Origin: Candidatus Zambryskiibacteriota bacterium
GTDB lineage: Bacteria > Patescibacteriota > Minisyncoccia > Phycocordibacterales > WO2-35-19
DNA length: 64,000 nucleotides
Assembly (NCBI GenBank): GCA_003233455.1
Contig: QILQ01000043.1
Coordinates: forward strand, 442 to 64,441
Direction of reading: 5' to 3'
In this document: positions 28,995-38,473 of the stretch, piece after piece
Position numbering within the stretch: position 1 is the first letter of the stretch
Layout: every line of letters starts with the position of its first letter
Made by a program: the position numbers and the translations under genes
The notes under the pieces: model-generated
The model's database searches: none
The model's input: the letters and a program-made list of their open reading frames with translations, nothing else
What the model was told of the DNA's origin: nothing

Positions 28995-29171
28995 ATGTCA
29001 TTAATTAGTTATATAAAAGAAACTAAAGGAGAATTATCTCATGTAAATTGGCCTACTAGAAGAGAAGGGATAATTTTTTCAGTAGTTGTTATTATTATTT
29101 CCATTTTAACTGCGTTATTTTTAGGTTTGTTTGATTTTGTTTTTTCTAGGATTTTAAATATATTTGTGTAA
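28995..29171 (+). CDS. secE: Preprotein translocase subunit SecE (58 aa; not in supplied ORF track)
   Basis: MSLISYIKETKGELSHVNWPTRREG + single TM; directly upstream of nusG as in the conserved secE-nusG-rplK cluster. Confidence 0.6.
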   Translation: MSLISYIKETKGELSHVNWPTRREGIIFSVVVIIISILTALFLGLFDFVFSRILNIFV

Positions 29172-29172
29172 T

Positions 29173-29708
29173 ATGAGTAAACAACAAATACAAGAAAGTA
29201 GAAATTGGTATGCCATCCATACTTATTCCGGTTATGAGAATGCGGTAACCAGAAACCTTATGAGTCTTTAGGTATGGAAGACAAAATTTTTGATGTTATT
29301 GTCCCAACTGAAAAAAAAATAAAAATAAAAGGTAATAAAAGAGTTGAAGAAAAAGAAAAAATTTATCCTGGTTATGTTTTGGTGAATATGATTGTTACCG
29401 ATGATTCATGGTATGTAGTCAGAAATACACCAAGAGTGACTGGTTTTGTTGGTGCTGGGGTTTTTCCGGTGCCTCTCGCTCAAAAAGAAGTAGATGAACT
29501 TTTTAAGAGAATGAATTCAGATAAAGTTAAACATAATATAGATTTATCTTTAGACGATGCTGTTAAAATTGTTGACGGACCGTTTAAAGATTTGGAAGGT
29601 AAAGTGGGGGAGGTGGATGAAGAAAGGGGTAAAGTCAAAATATTAGTGCCGATGTTTGGTAGAGAAACACCGGTAGAGTTGGATTTCTTGCAAGTGAAGA
29701 AGATTTAA
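29173..29708 (+). CDS. nusG: Transcription antiterminator NusG, interrupted by a frameshift near 29269-29274 (N-terminal 32 aa in one frame, rest in +2 frame)
   Basis: MSKQQ..WYAIHTYSGYEN (frame A) then SLGMEDKIFDVIVPTE...PGYVLVNM, KOW domain (frame B); TAG-gt-ATG junction. Confidence 0.7.
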
Positions 29709-29834
29709 TTGACTTAATTTTTTATTTAAGTTAATATCATGTTTCGTCGAAAGCGAATTTGCAAAAGTTCTCGGGTCGCTTCTTACAGAGCTCAACCAGA
29801 CTTTTAAAATTCATTTTCGGCTTCACATTCAATT

Positions 29835-30260
29835 ATGGCAAAGAAAATCACCAAAAAAATAAAATTAGTTATAGCGGCAGGTAAAGCAACACCTGCTCCT
29901 CCTGTCGGCACTGCTTTGGGTCCGGCTGGTATCAACATCGGTGAATTTGTTACTAAATTTAATGAGGCTACCAGAGAGATGACTGGTGCTTTAGTGCCAG
30001 CTGAAATTTCTGTTTATGAAGATAGGACTTTTGATTTTATATTAAAAACTTCGCCTGCTTCAAGTCTTATTATGAAGGCGATTAACATTAAAAAAGGTTC
30101 GGGCAAAACTCCAGTTCAGAAAGTTGGATCCATTACTCGCCAACAATTGGAAGAAATTGCTCAAACAAAAATGGTAGACCTAAACGCCACCAATTTGGAA
30201 GCAGCTGTTAAAATTATCGTCGGCACTTGTCAAAGTATGGGAGTGGAGGTGAAGGGATAA
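29835..30260 (+). CDS. rplK: 50S ribosomal protein L11
   Basis: PPVGTALGPAGINI motif. Confidence 0.9.
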   Translation: MAKKITKKIKLVIAAGKATPAPPVGTALGPAGINIGEFVTKFNEATREMTGALVPAEISVYEDRTFDFILKTSPASSLIMKAINIKKGSGKTPVQKVGSITRQQLEEIAQTKMVDLNATNLEAAVKIIVGTCQSMGVEVKG

Positions 30261-30325
30261 CCTCACCTCAACCCCTCTCCTTAATAAGGAGAGGGCACAC
30301 GAAGTGAGGGGTGAGGTGAAAGTGT
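30261..30325. repeat. Compound palindromic repeat CCTCACCTCAACCCCTCTCCTTAATAAGGAGAGGG...GGGGTGAGGTG
   Basis: Nested inverted repeats; between convergent rplK and dcd. Confidence 0.6.
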
Positions 30326-30335
30326 TTAAATAAAA

Positions 30336-31010
30336 TTATTTTTTCTTAATATCTTTATCATTATAAAGTTGAGGTAGCATGTTTTTAGGACTCCATTCTT
30401 TTATCATTTTTTTGATATTTTTTGTGGTTTGATATTTTCCTAATTTACTATAATCTTGGTCAAGAATTTCTCCAGTTTCAAAAAAAATAAGTTGAGCAAT
30501 ACGACGACCTACCACGAGAGGAATATAATAATGTTTGGAATTATTAGTAATCTCCATAGTCCAACGATTTATATAACCCACATCTCCCCAACCAGCACAT
30601 TTACAAACTTCAATAAAACTTCTTCCAAGAGAAGACCTTGCTTTCATCATAGTGGTAATATGATTTCGTCCACCTATAAATTCATTAGTATGAGCTAAAA
30701 TGGTTTCTCCCGGAGCAAGCATTATTACTTTATCTTTTGGAGATATATTTCCGAATTTAAATTTGTAATCTTTAAACACTTCATTGGCCTTTTTTGCTCG
30801 TAATGGAGTAGTTCCCCATACATAATCTACATGCTCTTTTTCGTATATATTGAAAATATTTTGGAAATGTTTTGGTGGTTGTTCAACAAAAAAATATTCA
30901 CCAAGAGTTAGGTCATAACTTGAGGTAGAAAGATTATTTTTTATGAATGGTTCAATAATTATATTGCCATTTTTTATTTCTTCAATTATTTTTTTATTAC
31001 TAAGTGCCAT
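30336..31010 (-). CDS. dcd: dCTP deaminase family protein (possibly bifunctional dCTP deaminase/dUTPase)
   Basis: N-terminal IIIEPF, C-terminal GWGDVGY..RWTMEI.N blocks. Confidence 0.65.
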   Translation of the reverse strand: MALSNKKIIEEIKNGNIIIEPFIKNNLSTSSYDLTLGEYFFVEQPPKHFQNIFNIYEKEHVDYVWGTTPLRAKKANEVFKDYKFKFGNISPKDKVIMLAPGETILAHTNEFIGGRNHITTMMKARSSLGRSFIEVCKCAGWGDVGYINRWTMEITNNSKHYYIPLVVGRRIAQLIFFETGEILDQDYSKLGKYQTTKNIKKMIKEWSPKNMLPQLYNDKDIKKK

Positions 31011-31036
31011 AATTTTAATATTCTATACAAACATTT

Positions 31037-32569
31037 TTATCTTTTTTTTGATTTATTTTTTATTGATTCAAATATAAGAGGTTTATCTTGAATATACGGA
31101 ATATTTGTAGAAATTGCAATTTCTGCCTTCTGGAGTTCTGCTCCTATATCAAGAAGATGTTCTGGTAAGTTTACAAGTTCTAACTGGGCAATTTTTTTAG
31201 AAACTTCAATTGCTGTTTTCCCTACTATAGTTAATAGGTCGTCTCCACTTGGAGTTTTAAAATGGGCACTTATTTTATTATCTTTAATACTTATAATAAA
31301 GAGACCTCTTGGATCACCACTCACACTTGGGTCAAAACCAAGATAAGGTTCTCTTTTCCATAAAGAACATTGCACTAATTTTTTTGCATCAACCCATTCT
31401 GCTTCATATATATGAGCTGATTGAGAAGTAATTTGTAAACTTCCAATTTTTAATCCCGCTTGAGTGGCAATTTCTTTTTGTAAAGCTCTTAAACCAAAAG
31501 CATTTGGTATTGCTGCTTTAAAAATATCATGACTCCTAACTGTAACCAGTAAATGCATTTTTTTGTTTGTTTGAAGAACTTGGATTTGAGTTATACACGG
31601 TGGCTCTTTAGAGTCTTTGTCTATCCAAGGAACAAGAGTAGTAGCTACTCCACGTCGCGTATCTATAGAATCTTTTAATTCTTTAATTATAATTTCTTTA
31701 ATTTGATTAACCTCACTTTTAGCTCCAGGATATCTCATTAGTCTGTTTCCATATGTATATTTTACACCTTTCGGAGTATCTGGAGATAAGAAAATAGATT
31801 TATAATGATTAATTGATTCTTTATTTAAACCAATAGTTTGTTTTAAACTTTTTGGTAAGTCCATATTTAGATTTGGATTATCTGGATCTTCTTCTTCAAC
31901 AACCCATGTTACACCAATTAACTCTCTTTGTTGTGTTCCGTATTGTGTTCCTTTGATTGTGCCATAACGTATAATACGATCAACTACTCTTATCCAAGCA
32001 TCAGTTATGGTTTTTCCTCTAACAATAAAACCAACTTTTTCGGAAGGAAAAACATCTATAACTTCTGGTATTGCATCTTTAAATCTAACAGATTTCATAT
32101 AGGGAGCTTCTTTACTTTCTAAAAGTTTTTTTGCTACTGTATGAATTTTTGGATCTGATAATTCTTTTAAACTAACATTTTTTATAATCTTATTTACTAT
32201 ATCTACATCTATTTCTTTTTCTATCTTGAAATCAATTCCCGGTATCTCTCTTTTTTTGTTTATTCCTTTTTTCCACAATTTAAGTAAAATTTCTTTACCA
32301 GAAACTCCAAAAGGACTGCAGGATAAAGCACCATTATTCCAAATGTATAAATTACGTATTTGAGGATTTAAAGCTAGATTTCTCAATATTATATTAACTC
32401 CTTGTCTACTATATAAAGTGCCTACAATTGCAGAACGTTTTAAAATATCAGGACATTCCTTTATAATTTTTTCTGGCTCATTCCAAAGAGTGCAAAAACC
32501 CGCACTTTTACCTTTACCTAATATTACTTTGTATTTATTAGATTGGTATAATTTTTCAGAAGTAATCAT
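31037..32569 (-). CDS. Thymidylate synthase (ThyA)-like enzyme with ~180-aa N-terminal and ~100-aa C-terminal extensions
   Basis: EPPC (catalytic Cys), RSHD, IPNAFG (Asn = dUMP specificity), AHIY blocks of ThyA/dNMP hydroxymethylase fold. Confidence 0.6.
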   Translation of the reverse strand: MITSEKLYQSNKYKVILGKGKSAGFCTLWNEPEKIIKECPDILKRSAIVGTLYSRQGVNIILRNLALNPQIRNLYIWNNGALSCSPFGVSGKEILLKLWKKGINKKREIPGIDFKIEKEIDVDIVNKIIKNVSLKELSDPKIHTVAKKLLESKEAPYMKSVRFKDAIPEVIDVFPSEKVGFIVRGKTITDAWIRVVDRIIRYGTIKGTQYGTQQRELIGVTWVVEEEDPDNPNLNMDLPKSLKQTIGLNKESINHYKSIFLSPDTPKGVKYTYGNRLMRYPGAKSEVNQIKEIIIKELKDSIDTRRGVATTLVPWIDKDSKEPPCITQIQVLQTNKKMHLLVTVRSHDIFKAAIPNAFGLRALQKEIATQAGLKIGSLQITSQSAHIYEAEWVDAKKLVQCSLWKREPYLGFDPSVSGDPRGLFIISIKDNKISAHFKTPSGDDLLTIVGKTAIEVSKKIAQLELVNLPEHLLDIGAELQKAEIAISTNIPYIQDKPLIFESIKNKSKKR

Positions 32570-32589
32570 TCTATGATAATATCATTATT

Positions 32590-33234
32590 ATGAAAAAAGG
32601 AAAATTTATTGTTTTTGATGGTAGTGATGGATCTGGTAAACAGACACAAGTTGCCCTGTTGAAATCTTACTTAAGAGAAAAAGGAGTTCTGGTTGAAACA
32701 ATTGATTTTCCTCAATACAAAAATAACTTTCATGGGAAAATTTTGAAAGCAGCTCTTCGGGGAGAGTTTGGGGATTTTATTTCTCTTAATCCTTATACTG
32801 CTTCACTTCTTTATACTGCTGATCGTTTTGAATCAGTAGGTAAAATCAAAGAGCTTCTTGAAAGAGGTTATACTGTGATTGCCGACAGATTTACAACTGC
32901 AAATATGATTCATCAAGGGGGTAAGTTTCCTGATACAAATGAGAGAGACAAGTATTTGAAATGGCTTTTAGGTTTGGAATTTGAGTATTTGAAATTTCCT
33001 AAACCAGATGCAGTTGTTTTTCTTAAGGTTCCGGTTGAAGTTTCTTTGAGACTTTTAGAAGATAAAAAAGGAAAAGATAAAGCAGAAGAAAGCACTTCTT
33101 ATCTTACTAATTCTCTTGTGTGTGCAGAAGCAATCGCGAAGAAGTATGGTTGGATTGTGGTGAATTGTGCACCTAATGGTGTAATGCGATCACGCGAATC
33201 AATTCATAAGGAAGTAGCGGGCTTATTTTTTTAA
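32590..33234 (+). CDS. tmk: Thymidylate kinase
   Basis: FIVFDGSDGSGKQTQ P-loop, DRF motif. Confidence 0.8.
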   Translation: MKKGKFIVFDGSDGSGKQTQVALLKSYLREKGVLVETIDFPQYKNNFHGKILKAALRGEFGDFISLNPYTASLLYTADRFESVGKIKELLERGYTVIADRFTTANMIHQGGKFPDTNERDKYLKWLLGLEFEYLKFPKPDAVVFLKVPVEVSLRLLEDKKGKDKAEESTSYLTNSLVCAEAIAKKYGWIVVNCAPNGVMRSRESIHKEVAGLFF

Positions 33235-33863
33235 TTCAAAATTTCTCCAGTTAAAGATTTTGGATTTTTTCCGTCCCAAGATATTTCGCCAGTTAAAACT
33301 TTTTCAGTGATGATGGGTTGCCAACGATGTTCAACTTCATTTACTCTTTTAGCTAAAGTTTCAATAGTGTCGGTTGGCAAAATTTTTACTTTTTGGCTGA
33401 AAAATAAAGGACCACGATCGTATTCTTCTGTTACAAAATGCATTGATACGGCCGAGTGAGATATATCTTCATTTTTATAGGCTTTTATCACTGCTTCATG
33501 AACATAATGTCCATACATTCCGGCACCACCAAATTTAGGTAAAGGTCCGGGATGAATATTGATAGTTTTTTGAGGGTCAAGACCAGTAACTAATTTGAGC
33601 CAACCAGACAAACAAACTAAATCTGTCCCTTTTGTTATTTCTTGATATTTTTCTGCTGTCCATGGTTTAGGGAAATGAATAAATTTGATACCAAGTCTGT
33701 CAGCTTTTTCTCTCACTCCACCATTTTTATGATTGGAAACTACCGCTGAAATTTCGGCGTTTAAAAGACCGCTTTGGCTGGCTTTGACCATATTTTCAAA
33801 ACCACTTCCACCTCCGTCTTTAGTGCCAGAAGCGAATATAATTATTTTTTTCATTTTTCCCAT
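33231..33863 (-). CDS. PurN-like folate-dependent formyltransferase (GAR transformylase family)
   Basis: IIIFASG...SGW...INIHPGPLP...HFVTEEYDRGP blocks. Confidence 0.65.
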   Translation of the reverse strand: MGKMKKIIIFASGTKDGGGSGFENMVKASQSGLLNAEISAVVSNHKNGGVREKADRLGIKFIHFPKPWTAEKYQEITKGTDLVCLSGWLKLVTGLDPQKTINIHPGPLPKFGGAGMYGHYVHEAVIKAYKNEDISHSAVSMHFVTEEYDRGPLFFSQKVKILPTDTIETLAKRVNEVEHRWQPIITEKVLTGEISWDGKNPKSLTGEILN

Positions 33864-33930
33864 ATGCAGACAAGTATAGCAAAAAAATAAGGATTGATAA
33901 ATTTTTGATAAATGGTAATATGTATAAAAT

Positions 33931-34188
33931 ATGAAAACTAAAAAGACAAAAAATAATAAAGTAATAAATTTACCTGTACTTATTGAGCAAGATGAAAACG
34001 GGATGTTTGTTGGATCTGTGCCATCTTTACGCTCTTGTTATACTCAAGGTAAAACTCTTGAAGAACTTTATAAAAACCTAGAAGAAGTGGTTGAGCTTTG
34101 TACTGAGGCAGATAAAGAATTTTTTGGAAATAAAATCTATAGCAATAAAATTATAGGATTTCAAAATCTTTCTTTTTCACTTCGTTAA
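33931..34188 (+). CDS. hicB: HicB-family antitoxin
   Basis: IEQDENGMFVGSVPSLRSCYTQGKTLEELYKNLEEVVE matches HicB (UPF0150). Confidence 0.6.
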   Translation: MKTKKTKNNKVINLPVLIEQDENGMFVGSVPSLRSCYTQGKTLEELYKNLEEVVELCTEADKEFFGNKIYSNKIIGFQNLSFSLR

Positions 34189-34415
34189 TGTCACATTTAT
34201 CACCAATTTCACCAAAAAAACTCATAAAACTTTTAAAAAATGAGGGCTTTGTTTGTGTTAAAATAAAAGGAAGTCATCATTTTTTCTTGAATAATATTGA
34301 TAAAAGAACTACTTCTGTACCACTGCACGGTAATAAAGATATTGGGGTGGGACTTTTGCATAAGATTATTAAAGATATAAAAATGTCTGTTGAAAATTTT
34401 AAAAAGAAATTATAA
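34188..34415 (+). CDS. hicA: HicA-family toxin (mRNA interferase)
   Basis: KLLKNEGF...KGSHHFF...TSVPLHGNKDIGVGLLHKIIKDI matches HicA. Confidence 0.6.
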   Translation: MSHLSPISPKKLIKLLKNEGFVCVKIKGSHHFFLNNIDKRTTSVPLHGNKDIGVGLLHKIIKDIKMSVENFKKKL

Positions 34416-34426
34416 AAGTGGAGTGT

Positions 34427-34456
34427 CCTAATTGGGGGGTGAATTTAGCCTAATTG
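34427..34456. repeat. Motif CCTAATTGGGGGGTGAATTTAGCCTAATTG; inverted near-identical copy at window end 63978-64000
   Basis: 22/23 identity to reverse complement of 63978-64000. Confidence 0.5.
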
Positions 34457-34589
34457 TAATTTTTTTGGAATACCACCTGAACCAGAACCACACAATGCTT
34501 TAAATGGTGCTATGACAGCTTATGAACTTTTTAAAAAATTAGAAAATAATGTTTGACATAAATTAACCGTTGTATATACTTTAGATAAT

Positions 34590-34853
34590 ATGAAAACTGT
34601 ATTAAATGTAAAAATGCTAAAAAAGGAAGCACAAAAAATTGCCAAAGAGGCTGGTATTCCTCTGAGTCTTGTGGTAGATAATGGATTGAGAAAATTTGTA
34701 GCTCGCAGAGCAATTACCGTTGAAGCGCCACTTATTCCAAATGCAAAAACTGCCAAGATTTTGGATAGAGTTTTGAAAGATATCAAAGAGGGAAAAAATA
34801 TTGAAGGACCATTCTATTCTGTAGAGGAATTTATGAAAGGTCTTAAATCCTAG
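34590..34853 (+). CDS. RelB/DinJ-family antitoxin
   Basis: Paralog of 19254 and 63330 ORFs. Confidence 0.55.
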   Translation: MKTVLNVKMLKKEAQKIAKEAGIPLSLVVDNGLRKFVARRAITVEAPLIPNAKTAKILDRVLKDIKEGKNIEGPFYSVEEFMKGLKS

Positions 34854-34862
34854 CTTTGAATT

Positions 34863-35126
34863 ATGTTGCTCGTTTACAGGCACAAAAAATTTTCTAAGGA
34901 ATTTAAGAAGCTTCTTAGGGTTGTTCAAGAAAAATTTGAGCAAAAAATAGGAATTTTTGTCATAGATCAGTATTCGGTTGGATTTAATAACCATGGTCTA
35001 AAAAGGAAATATAACGGTTGTAGGAGTATTGATATTACTGGAGATTATAGGGCAATATATTACATAAATAACAGTATTGCAATTTTTATCCATATAGGCA
35101 CTCATCATCAGCTTTATGGAAAATAA
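34863..35126 (+). CDS. YafQ/RelE-family toxin
   Basis: C-terminal IHIGTHHQLY (GTHSDLF-like); paralog of 63640-63900. Confidence 0.6.
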   Translation: MLLVYRHKKFSKEFKKLLRVVQEKFEQKIGIFVIDQYSVGFNNHGLKRKYNGCRSIDITGDYRAIYYINNSIAIFIHIGTHHQLYGK

Positions 35127-36831
35127 TATGAAAATGAAAATTCAAGAAAAGATAAAAAATTGGATAGAAGAGACTTTAGAAATTAAAGGAAATTTTGCGC
35201 TTGCTCATCCAAAAAATATTAAAAATGGTGATTACTCATTTTTTTCTTCTGCTCAAAATCCAGAAAAGGATGTAAAAAAATTAAATGAAAATAAAATTCC
35301 AGAAATAGAAAAAATAGAAATAGTGGGGAAATTTGTAAACTTTTATTTATCAAAAAATTTTTTTGCTGGCTCTATTGAAGAAATAAATACAGAAAAAGAA
35401 AATTTTGGAAAAAATAACTTACTTGAGCACCAGAAAATAATGATTGAATATACTGATCCTAATGTATTTAAACCTTTTCATATTGGACATTTAATGAGTA
35501 ACGCGATTGGTGAATCTTTATCAAGAATTTATGATTTTTCTAAAAATGAAGTAAAACGCGTTAATTATTTTAGTGATATTGGTCTTGGAATCGCTAAAGC
35601 TGTTTGGGGAATGAAAGCTCTTTCAAGTGAAATTCCAAATGATGATGAAAATATTGTGACTAAGACTACTTTTTTAGGAAAAGCTTATGCTTATGGAGTT
35701 AGTCAATCAAAAGAAAACCCAAGAATTGAAACCGAAGCTCGTGAAATAAATAAAAAAATATATAACAAAAGTGACTCAGAAATAAATTCTTTATATCAAA
35801 AAGGTAGAGATTGGAGTATTGAACATTTTGAACATTTATATAAAAAACTTGGAAGCAATTTTGATTATTTTATCGCCGAAAGTGAAGTAGCTATTTCTGG
35901 GAAAAAGATTGTTAAGGAATGGTTTTCTAAAGGATTGTTTATAGAAAGTGAGGGAGCGATAGTTTTTCAAGGAGAAAAATATGATAAAAAACTTCACACT
36001 AGAGTTTTTATAACTAAAGATGGCTTGCCTACATATGAAGCGAAAGAAATAGCGTTAATCTTAAAGAAAGAAGAAATTTTTAACGCTGATAAATCTATAA
36101 TAATTACTGCCAATGAACAAAATGATTATTTTAAAGTTGTTTTAAGGGCGATCAAAGAAATATCGCCAGAGATTGAAGCAAAAACAAAACATCTTTCTCA
36201 TGGGATGATGAAATTACCAACAGGCAAGATGTCTTCGCGAACCGGAGAAATAATCACTGCCGAAGCCTTGATTGATAAAACAAAAGAAAAAGTTTTTGAA
36301 AAAATAAAAGATAGAGAATTTAATGACAAAGAAAAAGACGAAGTAGCTGAGATTATAGCCATAGGGGCTATCAAGTATTCAATATTAAGGCAGGCGATTG
36401 GAGGAGATATTATTTTTGATTTTGATAAATCAATTTCTTTTGAGGGAGATTCTGGACCATATCTTCAATATACTTATGTTCGAGCAAGTTCGGTTTTAAA
36501 GAAAGTTGAAAAGATAGACTTAAAAAAATTAGAACACACTTCAAAAAAGCCAAGGGGAACCCTTGACACTTGGAAGACGACAGAACTGGAAAAGTATTTG
36601 TATAGATTTCCAGAGATAGTAGAAAGGGCAGGAAAGGAATATACGCCACATCATATTGTTACTTATCTAACCGAATTAGCCAGCATTTTCAATAGTTTTT
36701 ATGCTAAAGAAAAAATAATTGATGAAAAAGACCCCAATTCTCCTTACAAAATTACTCTAACTGAAGCAGTGGCTCATATTCTTAAATCCGGCCTTTATAT
36801 TCTCGGTATCAAAGTGCCTGAGAGAATGTAG
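35116..36831 (+). CDS. argS: Arginine--tRNA ligase
   Basis: HIGH (HIGHLMS) and KMSK-like (GKMSSRTG) class I motifs; ArgRS domain order. Confidence 0.85.
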   Translation: MENNMKMKIQEKIKNWIEETLEIKGNFALAHPKNIKNGDYSFFSSAQNPEKDVKKLNENKIPEIEKIEIVGKFVNFYLSKNFFAGSIEEINTEKENFGKNNLLEHQKIMIEYTDPNVFKPFHIGHLMSNAIGESLSRIYDFSKNEVKRVNYFSDIGLGIAKAVWGMKALSSEIPNDDENIVTKTTFLGKAYAYGVSQSKENPRIETEAREINKKIYNKSDSEINSLYQKGRDWSIEHFEHLYKKLGSNFDYFIAESEVAISGKKIVKEWFSKGLFIESEGAIVFQGEKYDKKLHTRVFITKDGLPTYEAKEIALILKKEEIFNADKSIIITANEQNDYFKVVLRAIKEISPEIEAKTKHLSHGMMKLPTGKMSSRTGEIITAEALIDKTKEKVFEKIKDREFNDKEKDEVAEIIAIGAIKYSILRQAIGGDIIFDFDKSISFEGDSGPYLQYTYVRASSVLKKVEKIDLKKLEHTSKKPRGTLDTWKTTELEKYLYRFPEIVERAGKEYTPHHIVTYLTELASIFNSFYAKEKIIDEKDPNSPYKITLTEAVAHILKSGLYILGIKVPERM

Positions 36832-36947
36832 ATAAAATATACAATATTCCTTGTTTTAATTTTTTTAGATTGACAATATAGGGTTATTTGATAGTATTGT
36901 GAGCAAGCTCTAAGGAGCTTTTAATTTGCAAAAGAAATAAACAGATT

Positions 36948-37289
36948 ATGTCACGATCACTTAAAAAAGGCCCTTATGTTGATGAAAGGGTGCTCAAAAA
37001 AATAGAAGGCAAAAAACCTGCAGATACTGCGGTTATTAAGACTTGGTCTAGAGCTTGTGCTATTGCTCCTGAGATGATTGGTTTCACTTTTGGAGTGCAT
37101 AATGGCAGGGAACATATTGAAGTTTTTGTCACAGAAGATATGGTTGGTCATAAACTTGGAGAATTTTCTTTGACTCGCAAATTTATAAAACATGGAGGTA
37201 AGATGCAAAAAGAACTTGAAGCCAAGAAAAAAGAAGATGAAATAAAAGCGGCTAAATCCGCTAAAGCGACATCTGAATCAAAAAAATAA
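36948..37289 (+). CDS. rpsS: 30S ribosomal protein S19 with Lys-rich C-terminal tail
   Basis: SLKKGPYVD...[28 protein letters not shown]. Confidence 0.85.
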   Translation: MSRSLKKGPYVDERVLKKIEGKKPADTAVIKTWSRACAIAPEMIGFTFGVHNGREHIEVFVTEDMVGHKLGEFSLTRKFIKHGGKMQKELEAKKKEDEIKAAKSAKATSESKK

Positions 37290-37405
37290 GTTAAACATAC
37301 AAATATGCAAATGATGCAAATAATACAAATGAATGCTAATCCATATCCAAATTATATTCGTAGTTATTCGTTGATTAGTATAATTAGTAGATTGGTATAT
37401 TAAAA
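37290..37405. repeat. ~115-bp intergenic element copy 1, starts at rpsS stop codon (copy 2 at 39752-39865)
   Basis: Near-identical (1 mismatch) to copy 2; contains conserved 32-codon [35 protein letters not shown]. Confidence 0.7.
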
Positions 37406-37443
37406 CGGCACAATTAAATAGCTATAGACAATCTCCCAGAAAA

Positions 37444-37797
37444 GTGAGATTAGTAGCCGATACCATTAGAGGTATATCTACCAAAGAAGCTAGAATTAAA
37501 TTGGATTTTATAACTAAACGAGCCGCTGGTCCGTTAGGTAAACTTCTAAACTCCGCTATTGCTAACGCGAAAAATTTAGGTGCTGATATGGATAATCTTT
37601 GGATTAAAACTATTACTGTTAATGGTGGCAGAATATTATACAGACGCAGACCAGTTTCTCACGGCTCGGCTCATCCTATTCGTAAACGCACTTCGCGTAT
37701 TACTGTTGTTTTGGCGGAAAAACAAAAAACCGCAACTCAAAAAACCAAATTAGAAGCTGAAAAATTCGCGCTTAATCAACCAACAAGTAAAAAATAA
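37444..37797 (+). CDS. rplV: 50S ribosomal protein L22 (true start probably ~35 nt upstream at a non-ATG codon)
   Basis: Upstream in-frame sequence encodes ...SYRQSPRKVRLVADTIRG, the conserved L22 N-terminus, with no ATG. Confidence 0.8.
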   Translation: MRLVADTIRGISTKEARIKLDFITKRAAGPLGKLLNSAIANAKNLGADMDNLWIKTITVNGGRILYRRRPVSHGSAHPIRKRTSRITVVLAEKQKTATQKTKLEAEKFALNQPTSKK

Positions 37798-37801
37798 AAT
37801 T

Positions 37802-38461
37802 ATGACTCACACAGTACACCCATATGCTCATAGATTAGGTATTATTCGCGATTGGAAATCGCGTTGGTTTGAGGTGAAATCCAAATATAAAGAAAATTTA
37901 AAAAAGGATGTCCTAATTTTTGAATATCTTAAAAAGCGTCTAAAAGGATTTTTTGTAAATTCTATTGAAATTGAAAGAAGTGTTAAAACTTTTAGAATTA
38001 TTATTGAAACCTCTCGTCCCGGACTTATTATTGGCAGAAGTGGCGAAGGTATGAATAAACTTAGAGAAGACATTATTCATTTTATAAAGAAACGCGATTT
38101 AAATTCTAGAGAAGAATTAAAAATAGATGTGAAAGAGGTAAAATCACCGGAATCAAATGCTATGATAGTAGCTCAAATGATAGCTGAAGGGCTTGAAAAA
38201 AGAATGCCTTTCAGAAGGGTAATGAAAACTATGATTGAAAAAGCTTTTGCTAATCGTGATGTAAAAGGGGTTAAAATTTCTCTTTCTGGTATGCTTGGTG
38301 GTTCAAAAATGGCTAGATTAGAGTCTAAAAAGATTGGTCGAATTCCTTTGCAAACATTACGTGCCGATATTGATTATGCAAAATATGAAGCTCTTCAACC
38401 ACTTGGAAAAATCGGCATAAAAGTTTGGATTTATAAAGGTGAGATTTTTGATAAAAAATAA
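37802..38461 (+). CDS. rpsC: 30S ribosomal protein S3
   Basis: KH domain RPGLIIGRSG. Confidence 0.9.
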   Translation: MTHTVHPYAHRLGIIRDWKSRWFEVKSKYKENLKKDVLIFEYLKKRLKGFFVNSIEIERSVKTFRIIIETSRPGLIIGRSGEGMNKLREDIIHFIKKRDLNSREELKIDVKEVKSPESNAMIVAQMIAEGLEKRMPFRRVMKTMIEKAFANRDVKGVKISLSGMLGGSKMARLESKKIGRIPLQTLRADIDYAKYEALQPLGKIGIKVWIYKGEIFDKK

Positions 38462-38473
38462 TTCTTAATTATT

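Noticed and set aside
37305-37403. 32-codon ORF (MQMMQIIQ...) conserved in both copies of the 115-bp repeat, as a possible small protein gene
   Set aside because: Its conservation simply reflects the DNA repeat. It has no convincing RBS and its composition is low-complexity, so it is kept only as a note within the repeat finding.
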